Assembly: GCA_951406725.2 (NCBI GenBank)
Contig: OX597814.1
Span: 159,960,001 to 160,024,000, forward strand
Length of the DNA stretch: 64,000 nt
Origin: Octopus vulgaris
Taxonomy: Eukaryota
Direction of reading: 5' to 3'
A program made the translations under genes and the position numbers. Positions 1-12,800 of the stretch are shown one piece after another. Below the pieces are notes generated by a model that was not told where the DNA came from, did no database searches, and saw only the letters and a list, made by a program, of their open reading frames with translations. Numbering within the stretch: the stretch's first letter is position 1; each line of letters opens with the position of its first letter.

Positions 1-532
1 TCTCTCTCTCCCTCATGTAAACATGTATGTTCTTCACTAACATAACACCGTGTGTTACACAAATTGACACACCCACAAATCGGCCCACTGACTGTTGTTT
101 TCGTTGCTCTGTGTATCAATCAGTCGGCTAGTTGCTGCTGATATTTAGCTCCCGGTCAACCCTGATCAAGAAGACCTATGAGCAAAACAATTCCATCCGT
201 GACCATTCCTTATTTAAGGGAGTATTGATGTAATTTGAAAGGGTAGAATTTGGTTGCTATTTCTAGCAGATCGAGTGTCCGTGTAAATATTCTTCTAACT
301 ACGGCTCAAAGTGAGAAATTTGTGGGGAAAGGAAGGGAACAGTTGATTGTATATTATTCAGTTACTTGACTGATACTCTTTTTAATAACCCAGAGGGATG
401 AAAATCAATGTTAACTTTGGTAGGATTTGAACTCAGTATATACAGAGCTCGAACAAATTACTGCAAGGCAGTTGATCCAGTGGTCTAATCGAAGTTGTAT
501 TAATTGGAGGGAGCTCGAGTTTTGTGTTACAG

Positions 533-597
533 TTCAAAATTCCTAAGGCACAGATGATTAGATGGTCTGTTCTCAAGAATGTGCTACATGAGATACG
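533..597 (+). CDS. Candidate internal coding exon of an unidentified host gene (FKIPKAQMIRWSVLKNVLHEI-R)
   Basis: Acceptor ttttgtgttacAG at 531-532 and donor GTATGT at 598. The 65 nt are stop-free and end in phase 2 (CG), completed by the first G of the 5341 exon. Confidence 0.6.
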
Positions 598-1109
598 GTA
601 TGTGCCTAATGGTATCTCATGTAGCACATATTTATTAAATCATCATCATTACCTTTCGTTCTGTGACCTATCAGTAATGAGCAACCTGTAGTCTTCGGAA
701 CATTTTGAATGGTATTCCTAACCATGACACCACAAACGATTGGAGTCTAGACAACTATCAAACTGTCCAACTCATGCCAGCATGGAAAATGGTCATTAAA
801 CAATGATGATATGCTATTGGGATTAACCAATCACAATGTTTTGTAGATTAATGCAAAAAACAGGTGTAGGGTTAATCTTTCAAATTACATACAGTTCTTT
901 GTCTGAAGGGCCACAACTATTTTCTTCCACTCTCTATGCTCTATGTTAATGTTACCTGTCATTCTGTGACCTGTCAGTATTGGGCAATCTGCAACCTTTG
1001 ATACATTTTGAATGGTATTCCTAACGAAAAATTATCTTGAAGTTTTTTTATTGGGCCGCATTAAGATCCATAGAGGCTCTAAGCACTTAAAAGATTTTGG
1101 TACTCCCCT

Positions 1110-1358
1110 TATCATCATCATTGTTTAACGTCCACTTTCCATGCTAAGCATGGGTTGGATGATTTGACTGAGGACTGGCGAACCAGATGGCTGCACCAGG
1201 CTCCAATATCATCTGGCAGAGTTTCTACAGCTGGATGCCCTTCCTAATGCCAACCATTCTGAGAGTGTAGTGGATGCTTTTACGTGCCACTTGCATGAGG
1301 GCCAGTAAGGTGGTACTGGCAACGGCCATGCTCAAATGGTGTTTTTTATGTGCCACCA
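1110..1358 (-). mobile_element. RTE-type LINE 3' tail or RTE-tailed short repeat
   Basis: Matches the 3' end of the RTE copy at 6011-6200 and the copy at 11130-11420 (gcatgggttgg...ctggatgcccttcctaa); ends in (CAT)n. Confidence 0.7.
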
Positions 1359-2255
1359 AAATATAAATAATGATAGACCATATAATAAATTTTTATTTTT
1401 CAAAATGAAGCAAGTCTAACAAGTAAGATGGAAAATGTTTATTTTTGTATACTTTCACTTTATTTATATTTGAAAAGTTTTCTCCTACTTTTTTTAATTG
1501 CAAAGTCTTTGATTAGATCCTCACTATAATACCATGAACAAACCACTTGGAATATTATTTTAGCATATTATTTTATTTCTGTGGTACCCCCTTCTCTTGA
1601 TGCCCTAAGCACATGCTTATTTTGCTTAATGGGTCATTCAACATTGCCTACTTTACATGGTCATTCAACTTGCTAAAAATAGCAAGTAAATTTCTTTCAA
1701 ACCATACCCTGTTATCTTTAAATAAACAATTATAATCCATAATATATGAGAAAAAGAAAGACATGATAATCATGATTGTAATGGTTTTGATAATGGTCTG
1801 TTCAGTCAGGACTGACTTGGGGTTAAAAAAACAAAAAAGACAAGATATTCACAACTGGAATATGCATTTGATTTTTTGTCTGTTGAGTTATGACAAAACT
1901 GAAGTTTATCAACAACAGTTGCTTATTTGGCAAACATTTCTTCTTTAGACAGGATTGTATAAACAGAACTAGGAAAAAGTTAACCAGTTTGACCTACCTA
2001 AATTCTAGCAGTAATAAATTTCTCCCCATTCACAAAAGAAGTTTTGAAACTCAGTGAAAAAGGACATATCTTATATACAACATTTGTCTTGAATGACATC
2101 AGTGAAACAGTATTCTTTCCAATGTTCTTTGAGAACTTTATTTATTACTTGTTCCATTTAAATGTACCTGATATATAAGAAAATTTGTCAGTGTTTCCAC
2201 GTAAATAACATAGTTAAGTAACAGTAGTATCAACTTTATTTTAGTTTAGTTCTTG

Positions 2256-2494
2256 GGGTAGAAAGGGCTCCTTAGCCGTAGTGAAGGCAATCTATCTAGG
2301 GAGATAACCTTACAATAAATCACTGGGTCCGTAGCTTAGAAATACTGGGTTGACGTCCAGCGGGAACAGCTTTGTTTCATGGAGGAGGAAAGATCTTCTT
2401 TAGTACTTGGTTGTACAATGCTTTCCAATGTGTGTAGTAGTGGCGCGCGCACACATTATTAGCCATTTGAAAAGACTATGAAAGTCTCGACCAC
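2256..2494. mobile_element. 239-bp insertion flanked by a 29-bp direct repeat
   Basis: gtatcaactttattttagtttagttcttg is identical at 2227-2255 and 2495-2523; the insert is CpG-richer than its flanks. Confidence 0.75.
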
Positions 2495-2975
2495 GTATCA
2501 ACTTTATTTTAGTTTAGTTCTTGTATTAAGAAATGTTCATCTTGAAATATTTTCCCCAACAGCTGGTAGAATTGAATTTATTTAAGCCTTTCACTCAAGT
2601 CATAAACAAGAATTAGAATTTGGTATTATATTTTGGTTATTTCTGTTATTGTTTAGTCCCTGGTCAATCCTGTTCAATTGAAGGTATTACTGTTGTGAAC
2701 ATCTGCATTTTTTTTTCTCATTTTGTTTTTCTTCAGATATAGTAGATCTAGGACTACAGTCTCCAATGTTCATTTTCTTTTAAGATGGTTGAGCACGATT
2801 TGAAGAAGATTTGGCTGCTATTTCCACTAGGTTGAATAACGATATAGAAGGTTCTTTGTTGACTTTATTGCTTATATCAGTGGTTCCTGACTTTTTCACT
2901 ACCAAGGACCCCTTTTATTTAAATGAGTTGTCCCACGGATCCCTTTTAATATGCTTATCCTTATATATATATATA

Positions 2976-3208
2976 AGGTGCATTAGTTTGATGCTTAGGA
3001 AGGTGAGACAGTCTTTTATGTTTCGAGCCTATGCTCTTCAACAGAAAGGAACACAAAGAAATAAATAGAGAGAGAATAATTGACTACTAACTCCAAAAGT
3101 TTTTTTATTCTCTCTCTGTTTATTTCCTCATGTTCCTTTCTGTTGAAGAGCATAGGCTCAAAACATAAAAGACTTTCTCACCTTCCTGAGTGTCAAACTA
3201 ATACACCT
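2976..3208. repeat. Inverted repeat (~105-bp arms) of Penelope-like terminal sequence in a TA tract
   Basis: Arms 2976-~3080 and ~3105-3208 are reverse complements; each carries a CTGTTGAAGAGC..GCTC(G/A)AAAC motif. Confidence 0.7.
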
Positions 3209-3239
3209 GCTTATATATATATATATATATATATATAGA

Positions 3240-3608
3240 TGCAGGAGTGGTTGTGTGCTAAGTAGCTTGCTTACCAACCACATGGTTCTGGGTTCAGTCT
3301 CACTGCATGGCACCTTGGGAAAGTGTCTTCTGCTATAGCCTCAGGCTGATCAGAGCCTTGTGAGTGGATTTGGTAAACAGAAACTGAGAGAAGCCCGTCA
3401 TATATGTGTGTGTGTGTGTTTGTCCCACCTCCATCAGTTGACAGCCGATGTTGGTGTGTTTACGTCCCCGGAAACTTACCAGTTCGGTAAAAGAGACCAA
3501 TAGAATAAGTACTAGGCTTACAAAGAATAAGTCTTGGGGTCGGTTTGTTTGACTAAATGTGGTGCTCCAGCATGGCTGCAGTCAAATGACTGAAACAAAT
3601 AAAAGAAT
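3240..3608 (+). mobile_element. tRNA-derived SINE family A (CORE-like; resembles octopus OR-type SINEs)
   Basis: A/B-box-like head (gtggttgtgtgctaag ... gggttcagtctc), CORE-like caccttggg(c)aagtg, internal (TG)n; many copies in the window. Confidence 0.8.
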
Positions 3609-4284
3609 GTGAAATTTTTAATTTAGTTCACAGACCCCCAGTACTACCTTTGCGGACCACCAGAGGTCTGCAGATCATAGGTTGGGAACCACTGGCTTTT
3701 ATGGTAATTTATACAATTCCACTTTAGTTACTATCACTTGAATATGACATAACGAACTGCACTGATTGCTTTCAAAATTGGCATAATGGCATCATGATGA
3801 TTTTCCCTGGTCTTTCTGATAAATGCAATACCTAAAAATCTGAGAAACTCGCACTCCACCTCCAATAAAATGCATTGTATATTGTTCCTATATGAATAAC
3901 AGTCTATGCCCAATCACTAAAGTTTTCAATCTAATAAGGAAACCTCTATGTCATTTGACATGCTAGAAATAGTAGTAAATGCTCCTTCAAGTTACATCCT
4001 ACTATCTTGACCCCCAGTGCCAAAAAAACACAAACTGGAAGACAATGAACCAATGAAAGTGCCTGCAGACCTACTGGAAATAACAGCCAATCTTTCCTTA
4101 AACCATATTCTAATGTCTTGAAGACAGAAAGGACATATCAGATAATATAATCTTAGATAGCTCTAAAAAGATGGGATGGCAAGGCTGGGGTGTCTTTGAT
4201 CATGGTTCTTCTCAGTCAACTCTGAGCACCTATTTCCTTTCATAAATCATCAATCATTTCCATCATTTACTCCCTACCACCACC

Positions 4285-4750
4285 ACCATCATCATCATCA
4301 TCATTTGCTATCTGCTTTCCATGCTGGCATGGGTTGGATGGTTTGACATGCAGCTGGCTAGCAGGGAGCTGTCCAGATTCCAGCTGTCTGTTGTGGCATG
4401 GTTTCTACAGCTGGATGCCCTTTCTAAAGCCAAACAGTGTGCTGGGTGCTTCTCACATGTCATGGGTGCACTAGCACAGTACTGGCATGGGTGCTTTTGA
4501 AATGGTACCAGCACCTGAAGGACAAGCCTGTATGTGTGGAAGACAGCAATGTCGCTTAGCTTGATGCATCTTATCAAGTACAGCAAATTGCCACATCTGG
4601 TCCCTTGTCATTTCTTTATTGAGGTTCAGTGTCCAAAGACCCTTTCTCACCACTTCATCCCATATCTTCCTGGGTCTACCTCGTCCACAGGTACCCTCCA
4701 CAAAGCTCGACACTTCTTTATGCAGCTGTCCTCATCCATACGCATCATAA
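4285..4750 (-). mobile_element. RTE LINE 3' fragment
   Basis: Minus-strand VEGTCGRGRPRKIWDEVVRK is typical of the RTE ORF C-terminus (GRPRxxW); (CAT)n tail; homologous to 6011-6720. Confidence 0.8.
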
Positions 4751-4958
4751 TTGTTTTTCTAAACATTTCCTTAATAAATCCTCTTCTAGAGGTACTACCC
4801 TCATTTTTACAATGTCAAAGCCTATATGTCACTTACTGATTTGATTATATAATACTAAACCACATATTGGTATTTCCATTTTCCTTTAGAATTCATTGCC
4901 TCCTTAGTGTCTTTTACAGTGCCTAGTTCATTAATGTTTTCTCATTCCTACATATCTA

Positions 4959-5187
4959 CAGTAATCTCTCAACTATCGTAGGTGTTGTGTTCCAAAAACC
5001 CCCGCGATAGGTGAAAGTCTGCGAAGTAGAAACAGTACTGTACTGTATATTTTTTTAATTATTTTTATACAGTCATGCCCGTATATATTTATTTTATAAT
5101 AAATGCAAAACAACACCACGGAGGAATTGATGTAAGCTTAAATAATAAACTGCGATAGGTGAACTGAGATATGGCGAGGGATTACTG
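4959..5187. mobile_element. Tc1/pogo (Tigger-like) MITE
   Basis: TIRs CAGTAATCtCTC / GAGGGATTACTG with TA on both sides. Confidence 0.75.
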
Positions 5188-5340
5188 TAATGAAATATAC
5201 TGTCAATCTGTTTGAATTAATTTTGTCATTATTAAAGGTAGTGTTTGTAATATAAACTTTAAAAATTTCTTATCTAAAATTATGACTGACAGTTTTAATT
5301 TATATACGAACACTTTAAACATTTTCTATCATTGAATCAG

Positions 5341-5431
5341 GAATGTTGGTGATTTTGGAGAGATTGGTATCAAAGATGAAGTAATATTCACTGCCATGTT
5401 TTTAGGCACTGAAGGAAACAAATCAATAGCT
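5341..5431 (+). CDS. Candidate internal coding exon (R-NVGDFGEIGIKDEVIFTAMFLGTEGNKSIA)
   Basis: CAG acceptor 5338-5340 and donor GTGAGC at 5432. Starts in phase 2 (fits exon 533-597) and ends in phase 0 (fits exon 15690). Confidence 0.6.
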
Positions 5432-6010
5432 GTGAGCTTAGTTCCTCATTTTGGGAACTACAGTAGAGTTAGCTGTACTCATTAATGATGTACTTTCATC
5501 ATCATCATCTTCTTCATCCCTACTAATCTTTATTCATCATTCGTTTACTAAATATCATTTAGATCAATCAGTTCTTTTTATTGTAATGATGTAGTTATAT
5601 ATATATATATTGCTTATTGTTCCTCTTTTTGCTTTCTTTTCCATTCTTTATTTTGTTTTACTCTATTTTTTTTTGTTTCTCACAATTCTCGTGACTTCCC
5701 TTGCTTGTTTTTTATGACTTTCCAAGCATATTTTTTTGCATCTCTTTACTTTCCTGAATCGAATATTTTCTCCAACTAACATCATTCAACTGTTACAGTA
5801 TTTTACCAGTGAACACTCAATAAATTAGTATCATAGTCCTTACAGATCTCTCCTACTTATGTGTACTTCTTCCTGACTGTCTGTATCACACTCTTTTGCT
5901 CTCCTACCATCCTTAATCTTCTTTTCTTCTCTTACCTTTCTCTCCTCTCTCTTTTTCTCCCTCTCTCTCTATGTCTCCTATTTTCCTATCCCCAACAATC
6001 ATCTATATAT

Positions 6011-7196
6011 TATCATCATCATTTAATGTCTGCTGTTCATGCTAGCATGGGTTGGATGATTTGACCTGGCTGGCATACTGGAAGGATGCACCAAACTCCA
6101 GTCTGATTTGGCATGGTTTTCAATGGCTGGATGCCCTTCCTAATGCCAACCACTCTGAGAGTGTAATGGGTGCTTTTATGAACCACTGACTTGGGTGCCA
6201 TTTGTGTGACACTGGTTTCTGCCACGACTGCAATTTTGCTCAGCTTGGTGGGTCATCTCAAGCATGATATAATGCCAAAGGTCCCGGTCATTGCCTCCAT
6301 GAGGCCCAACACACAAAAGGAACTCAGCCACTTTGCCTCCATGAGGTCTGGGGCCCAATGCTTGAAAGGAACTCAGCCACTTTGCCTCTGTGAGGCCCAA
6401 CACTTGAAAGGAACTCAGCCACTTTGTCTCTGGGAGGCCCAATGCTTGAAAGGTGTTCTTTATGTGCCACCAGCACAGATGCCAGTTACTGCGACTATGA
6501 TTTCACTTTGGCTTGGCAGGTCTTCTGAAGCACAGCACATCGCCAAAGGTCTCGGTCACCAGTCATTACCTTTCTGATGCTCAAGTTCGAAGATCATGCT
6601 TCACCACCTTGTCATGTCTTCCTGGGTCTACCTCTGTCACAGGTTCCCTCCACAGTTAGAGATTGGCACTTCTTTATACAGCTGTCCTCCTCCATATGCA
6701 TCACATAACCATACCAGCACAGTTGTCTTTCTTGCACACCACATCTGATACCACTTATGCTTAACTTTTCTCTCAAGATGCTTACACTCTGTCAAATATG
6801 CACACTGACATTGCACATCCAGTGAAGCATACTGGCTTCATTTCTTTCAAGCCTACATATGTTCTTGTGTGTCACAGCCCATGTTTCACTGCCATGCAAC
6901 ATAACTGTTTGCACACAGGCATCAAACAATCTACCTTTCACTCTGAGAGAGAGGCCCTTTGTTGCCAGAAGGGGTAGGAGTCCTCTAAACTTTGCCCAGC
7001 CTAATTTTATTCTCACAACTACACTCTCAAAGCATCCACCTCCACTACTAACTTGGTTACCTAGATAACGGAGGCTATCTACTACCCCTGGCTTGCCCTG
7101 CTGGCAGTTGAGGGAGTCTATTTTCTGCACATCTTCAGTGTTTATTGTACCTGTACATCTTCCACATACAAAAGCTAGTTTCCCTGTTAACCTTCT

Positions 7197-7197
<1 letters not shown>
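6011..7197 (-). mobile_element. 5'-truncated RTE-clade LINE (post-RT C-terminal region plus 3' UTR)
   Basis: ORF 6792-7313 contains RYLG...RIKLGWAKFRGLLPLL...LSLRVKGRLFDACVQTVMLHGSETWA, characteristic of RTE; (CAT)n tail at ~6011; truncated at a TA tract. Confidence 0.9.
6285..6452. repeat. ~39-bp tandem repeat within the RTE 3' region
   Basis: Repeated gaggcccaa..cttgaaaggaactcagccactttgcctc units. Confidence 0.8.
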
Positions 7198-7238
<41 letters not shown>

Positions 7239-7248
7239 CACACACACA

Positions 7249-7420
7249 TGAGGCAGTGCTGAAAAGTTCCTGACTTTAAGGGTGTCGCAAAAGGCCTGGT
7301 TGAAGACCCACACTTCCGAGTTCTTTTACGGCACTTAGAAAAACTGAAGGACCACTGCAGTAAGTGTGTGAATCTGAGAGGTGAATATGTTAAATAAAAT
7401 CATAATTAACTGATCCTCTT
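7249..7420 (+). mobile_element. Mariner-derived non-autonomous fragment
   Basis: TIR-like gaggcagtgctgaaaagttcc and C-terminal remnant KCVNLRGEYV, resembling mariner transposase ends. Confidence 0.55.
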
Positions 7421-10400
7421 GTATATTCTACCTGTTTTATGTTCAAACTGGTCAGATCCAGCCTCTTACACCTACGCTACAATATTGTTCTAAAAATAAA
7501 CAATTACATTTAAATCTTGAAGCTACGAAATAATACAGGATCAATTATGGATAAATAAGCATTACATTCGACAGAGTGATCTGAATGCTAAAGGGTTAAA
7601 TTGATTATCATTTGAGGTAGCTTCTACATAGTAAGTTGTGCTGCTAAAAATAGCAGTGATATCTCTCTCATCTTGAAAAAAGAAAGGACATGTTAGATAA
7701 TGTAGTCTTAAATCCACTTAAAAGAAGAATGAGTTGGTCTTGGCATTCCATTTGTAAATGCTTTGACCAACCCATCAATTTAAATTTGTGAGCATGTTTT
7801 ATTTCCCAATTTAAATTGGTTGGAAAAAGAAAAAAACAAACTTCTGTTACTTTCAACACCCTCTCATCCTCTCTGGTCTTCCACCCACAACTTCCACACC
7901 TCTCTACCCACATCTATTTTCTCCCTTTCATGTTATGTCTCTCTCCACCCCGGCCACCCTTATAATGGGGGATAGTGCCGGACCCTTCCACCTCTACACA
8001 ATCTACCTCATCATCCTTACTATTCTATCCCTTCTTTTCTCACTAACCTCTGACACTAATCCCTTCCCTATCCCCTTTCATTCTATAGTTCCTCCCCCAG
8101 TAGTGGCTGCTCTATTACCTTCTCTACTACCTCTCACAATTATAAATCCACTCCTTTCATACTTCACCTTCTTTCATTATGTTGTCTAAAATCCTCACAC
8201 ACACACACTCTCTCTCTCTCCTATTTTTTGTTAAATGATAGAAGCCCCTTTAGGCCCTTTATTTTTGCAAGTTTCAAGGTGACCTTGCTAATGATGATGC
8301 CACTAAAAAAATCCAGTACATTTTGTAAAGTGGTTGGTGTTTGGAAGGGCATCCAGCTAAAGAAATTATGCCGAAACAGACATTGGAGCCCATTGCAGTT
8401 CTTTGACTCATTGGATCCTGTTAAGCTGTCTAACTCATGCTAGCATGGAAAATAGACAGTAACTAATGATAATAATGATGATGATGGGGGTGGAGGTGCT
8501 GGTGGTGGTGATCCATTTTTTTTTTAGTTTCCTTTCTACTCTTTTAAAAAAGTTTAAAGTATTACATCATTTTCCTTCCTTTTATAAATTTGACTCTGAA
8601 TATGAGAAAAATTTCTGTTTATAAAGTTATGCCCTTGTATTGCTTTTGGTTTGATTTCTTCTACTTTATATATCTTACATGTTCATTAAAATCTACAACT
8701 GTAGTTAAAAATTTCTATTAAATTTGCCAACTCATTATTTGTGTCTGGCATCACTACTGCTGCTTTCACATCTCCAGCTTGTTCCCATCTGCATTTTGCA
8801 TGCATAATTTCCCTATTTAAGTTTTGCTTTATTGGCAGTTGCACATTTCTCCTAATCTTAATGCATGTAGCAAATTACATTAACTGTTGCCATGAGAGAT
8901 GAGACTAGATGTGAAACAGCAGAGCTTATGAAGTTAGCACAAATTGTATATGCCATCAGGTGGTCTTGAATATAATTACTGCAAGCAAACATTGCACCAA
9001 CAGTGATTGTACTAATGTTAATATCAGGGGAAAGGTGGAGGACACAAGCCCTTTACTGTCTTATTTGTAATACAATTTACCAAATCTGATTTCTCTAAGT
9101 GGTTGAGGCAACATTAATTCTCATTTGGTAAATGGAGTTGAGAGAGAAAGTTTAGCTTCACAGTATAGGTGGTTTGGTGAAGTGGGGTGGAGTGGTTGGG
9201 CTGTGAAGAAGTGAGCAGATGCTATTCTGTGTGCCAGCTCCTAAATAACATGGCTAGGTGGACAAGGAACGGGACTGATATTCAAATTGATGGAAGGTTT
9301 GTTAGAATACGAATGAGAGAGTTGGTGGGGGTGGAGGCAAAGGGTAAACCATTTTAAGACTGGCTGTATACAGCCTTTTCTTGATCATGCTTGTTTTTGC
9401 TTCAACTACTGTTTGTCTTGTACACAAAGGTGCCTTTTGATTATATTCAATGTTGATTCCATTTCCATAGCAGAATGAACGAGATTAAGATACCTCACGG
9501 CTCTTGTTGGTGTTGGGGGTCCTGTATTCTTTGAACTGTTAATGTTTCTGTTTAAAACTAGAGAGAGAGAGAGAGACATGCAAATAAAAAGAGAGATAGA
9601 AAGATGCAGAGATAGAGGGTTGAATATTAAAAGGAAAGGAAACGGCATTGTACAATGTTTGTCAGAACAGCAGCCAGAGTATTCTAATTGAGTGACACCA
9701 ACTTATGGACACAGCCAATTTACTACTGATGGGCAACATCTACAGGGGAAAGACCTTTTGTCTTCAGGTCATGAACTAAAAATTTACACTATCTAAATAT
9801 TTTTCATTTATTTTCTGGTATGAATAGTCAATTCTTGTGATCACCCACCCCCACTACCTGTCTCTCCTCTTTCCTCCTCTTCAGTCTCATTTCTTTCCTT
9901 TTGATTTTTTTAATCTTTTTCTCCTCTCCGTTTCTCTCTCTCTCCTCTTCTACTGTTTTTACTTTCAACTCAACAGTTTCTTATTAGATTTACTCTCATT
10001 AGCTACAGTTTTCTTCCCATCTGTGACTTGTCATTTTATTTCTTTTACCTTGTATTTTTTCTATTTTAATTTTTTTATTTTGTTCTTACCTGTATTAGTT
10101 CTCTGTAACTTTAAGTTTTGTTGCCTCTAAATATTGTTACACTCTTCAAAAGCCATTATTAAAATTGGAAACATTGGACAATGCCTCGCAGTGATATACT
10201 GAATGAATTTTATATATGAATGTATTTAACTTTGCCATTCAAAAATTTATAGTTTAAACTCAAATTTAGAAGAAAAAAAAACCTGAGCTTAATTTCATAA
10301 TCATCATCATTATCGTAATAATAATAATAATAATAATAATGCTTACTTTTCCATGCTTGCATGGATAGACTGAATTTCTTGCCATTCCTCATTTGTTTTC

Positions 10401-10547
10401 AAGCCAGGCAATATTTCCTCATGCTCAAACATGTTTCCCAGAGGATTTTCGAAACAAATAACATTACTTAAGTGATAGCGATACACTTTTACAGCCATCA
10501 GTTGATGTCAAGTCAAGGATACGTACACAAAAATACATGTACGTATG

Positions 10548-10856
10548 TTACGTGCATGCATGGATGAGAATCTGGATAAACTGGGATTTTCAGAAAGAGA
10601 AATTGACTGGCTAATTTGTACATTACAAGTGCAATCTGTGAATGGAACAGTAAAAATATGCAAGACTTTTCTCAAGTTCCAAATGTGAATCTGTCTGTAT
10701 TAACTACATCCCAAAGATGGAGCCTTGTATCTTTGTTGGAAACTAGCTCCCTCCTCAGTAGAAGATTTATAATGATTAAAAAATAGAAGAGACAGATTGG
10801 CCCAAGTATATAGTAGAAGACAGTTTATCCAGATTCTCATACATGCATGCACGTAA
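10548..10856. repeat. 36-bp inverted repeat enclosing ~237 bp
   Basis: 10548-10583 is the reverse complement of 10821-10856 with one mismatch. Confidence 0.8.
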
Positions 10857-11129
10857 TGTATGTATGTATGTACTGGATTTGGTTAAAAAGAGACGATGAG
10901 CAATGGTTAGAAGAATATTGAGTGAAACCTGGTAACCAGTTGATCTAGCAAGTGGTGCCTCATTTCATTGAGGGAGGCCAGTGCACATTGATGCCGTCGA
11001 GAGGTAGGCCCTGAAAAGGTGCACATTCTCTCCTGATGACCCCATAAACTTGATAGCATCCAGTATGCAGAGCTTTCAGCTGGTAGCACTTACATCTGCA
11101 AGTTGTTTGCAAAAAATCTGAAAAATGAA

Positions 11130-11420
11130 AATCATCATCATCATCTTTTAACATCTGCTTTCCATGCTAGCATGGGTTGGATGATTTGACTGAGGACTGG
11201 TGAACCAGATAGCTGCACCAGGCTCCAGTCTTGATCTGGCAGAGTTTCTACAGCTGGATGCCCTTCCTAACGCCAACCACTCCGAGATTGTAGTGGGTGC
11301 TTTTACATGCCACTGGCATGAGGGCCAGTCAGGCGGTACTGGCAACGGTCGTGCCCAAATGCTGTTTTTTTTTTATGTGCCACCTACACACCGGCACAAG
11401 TGCCAGTAAGGCAATGCTGA
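11130..11420 (-). mobile_element. RTE-type 3' tail repeat
   Basis: Close match to 1110-1358. Confidence 0.7.
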
Positions 11421-11652
11421 AATCTTATTGTATAAAGACATTCCCATAATTTGGTGTGCATTTTGAAGGTAAATCATTTTCACTAATACCTCACTTTTTG
11501 GGGGGTCTTTATGAAACCCTGGTTTTATGAGCTTTTATACGTTTTATTTTCAGTTTACAAGTTTTATTTCCTATTTACAAGTTTTTGTATTACGAGTGTT
11601 TTCCCAGAAATGAATTGACTCATTTGTCAAGACATTACTGTATACTGTTAAA

Positions 11653-11906
11653 TCTATATATATATAAACGGCAAAATGTATGTGTGTGTGTCCTTTATAC
11701 AAATCTACAATTTTTCAGTTAGAGGGTTCGCACTTTCTATGGTCATTCAAAACCACACAAGGGTGTTTGTGCACATCTTTACATTTCTCCAGTCACCCAG
11801 CAAAGCCATTGAAAAATCAATAGAAGTGACTTTTTTGTGAATTTTCTATCCAAAACCCAATCAAAATGCCTGAAACTTGATACGCGTTGCCGAGTCATAG
11901 TGCTAG
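11653..11906 (+). mobile_element. Non-autonomous Helitron-like element
   Basis: 5' A|TCTATATATAT, 3' GC-rich remnant followed by CTAG|T; 5' end shared with the element at 54110 (-). Confidence 0.6.
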
Positions 11907-12439
11907 TTTAACTATATATTCTGATGTTCTGACCATTTCATCACATCCTTTCTTGTTTTGAACTTTACATTAACACTGTAAACATATAAAGATGGAAGCA
12001 TGGCTGTGTAGTAAGAAGTTTGCTTCTCAGCTACCTGATCTTGGGTCCAGGCTAACTAAAGCTTTGTGAGTGGATTTGATAAGAGATATTACAGATCACA
12101 CTTGAAAGTATAATGTGGCCATGCTGGGGTTCTGCCTTGAAAAGTTTTAGTTAAGCAAATTGACCTTAGTACTTACTATTTTTTAAGCCTGGTACTTATT
12201 CTATTGGACTCTTTTACTGAGCTGTTAAGTTATGGGGACATAAATACACTGTGGGGTGGTTCATTTTAGGAAGGGCATCCAGCCATAAAAACCATGCCAA
12301 AACAGATATAGTAGTCTGGTGTGGTCTTCTATCTGGCTTTCTCCTGTCAAGCCATGCAACCCATGCCTGCATGAAAGGCAGGATTTGAATGATGATGATG
12401 ATGACAGACAAAGCTACAGACACACCATCATATAGTCTT

Positions 12440-12800
12440 TTATTCTTTCTTTTTTTACTTGTTTCAGTCATTTGACCATACTGGAGCACCCCCTTTAGTC
12501 GAACAGACCGACCCAAGGACTTATTCTGTTGGTCTCTTTTGCCGAATTGCTAAGTTATGGTGACATAAACACACCAGCATCGGTTCTCAAACAATGGTGG
12601 TGAATGGACAAACACAGACACACACACACATACACACACACAAATATATATGTATATATATATATATATATGATGGGCCTCTTTCAGTTTCAGTCTATCA
12701 AATCCATTCACAAAGCTTTGGTTGGCCTGAGGCTATAGTAGAAAACCCTTGTCCAAGGTGCCATGCAAGGGGACTGAACCTGGAACCATGGGGTTGGGAA
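12440..12800 (-). mobile_element. SINE family A copy
   Basis: Reverse-complement similarity to 3240-3608 and 47917-48340. Confidence 0.8.

Larger units (their letters stand above)
2878..3694. mobile_element. hAT-type MITE with nested insertions
   Basis: TIRs CAGTGGTTCC / GGAACCACTG; 8-bp TSD GCTTATAT (2870-2877) vs GCTTTTAT (3695-3702), 7/8 match. Confidence 0.75.

Noticed and set aside
9406-9648. Minus-strand ORF with a possible acceptor after (CT)n and donor GTATCT
   Set aside because: No phase-compatible partner exons found, no recognisable motif, and it lies antisense within the candidate gene's intron.
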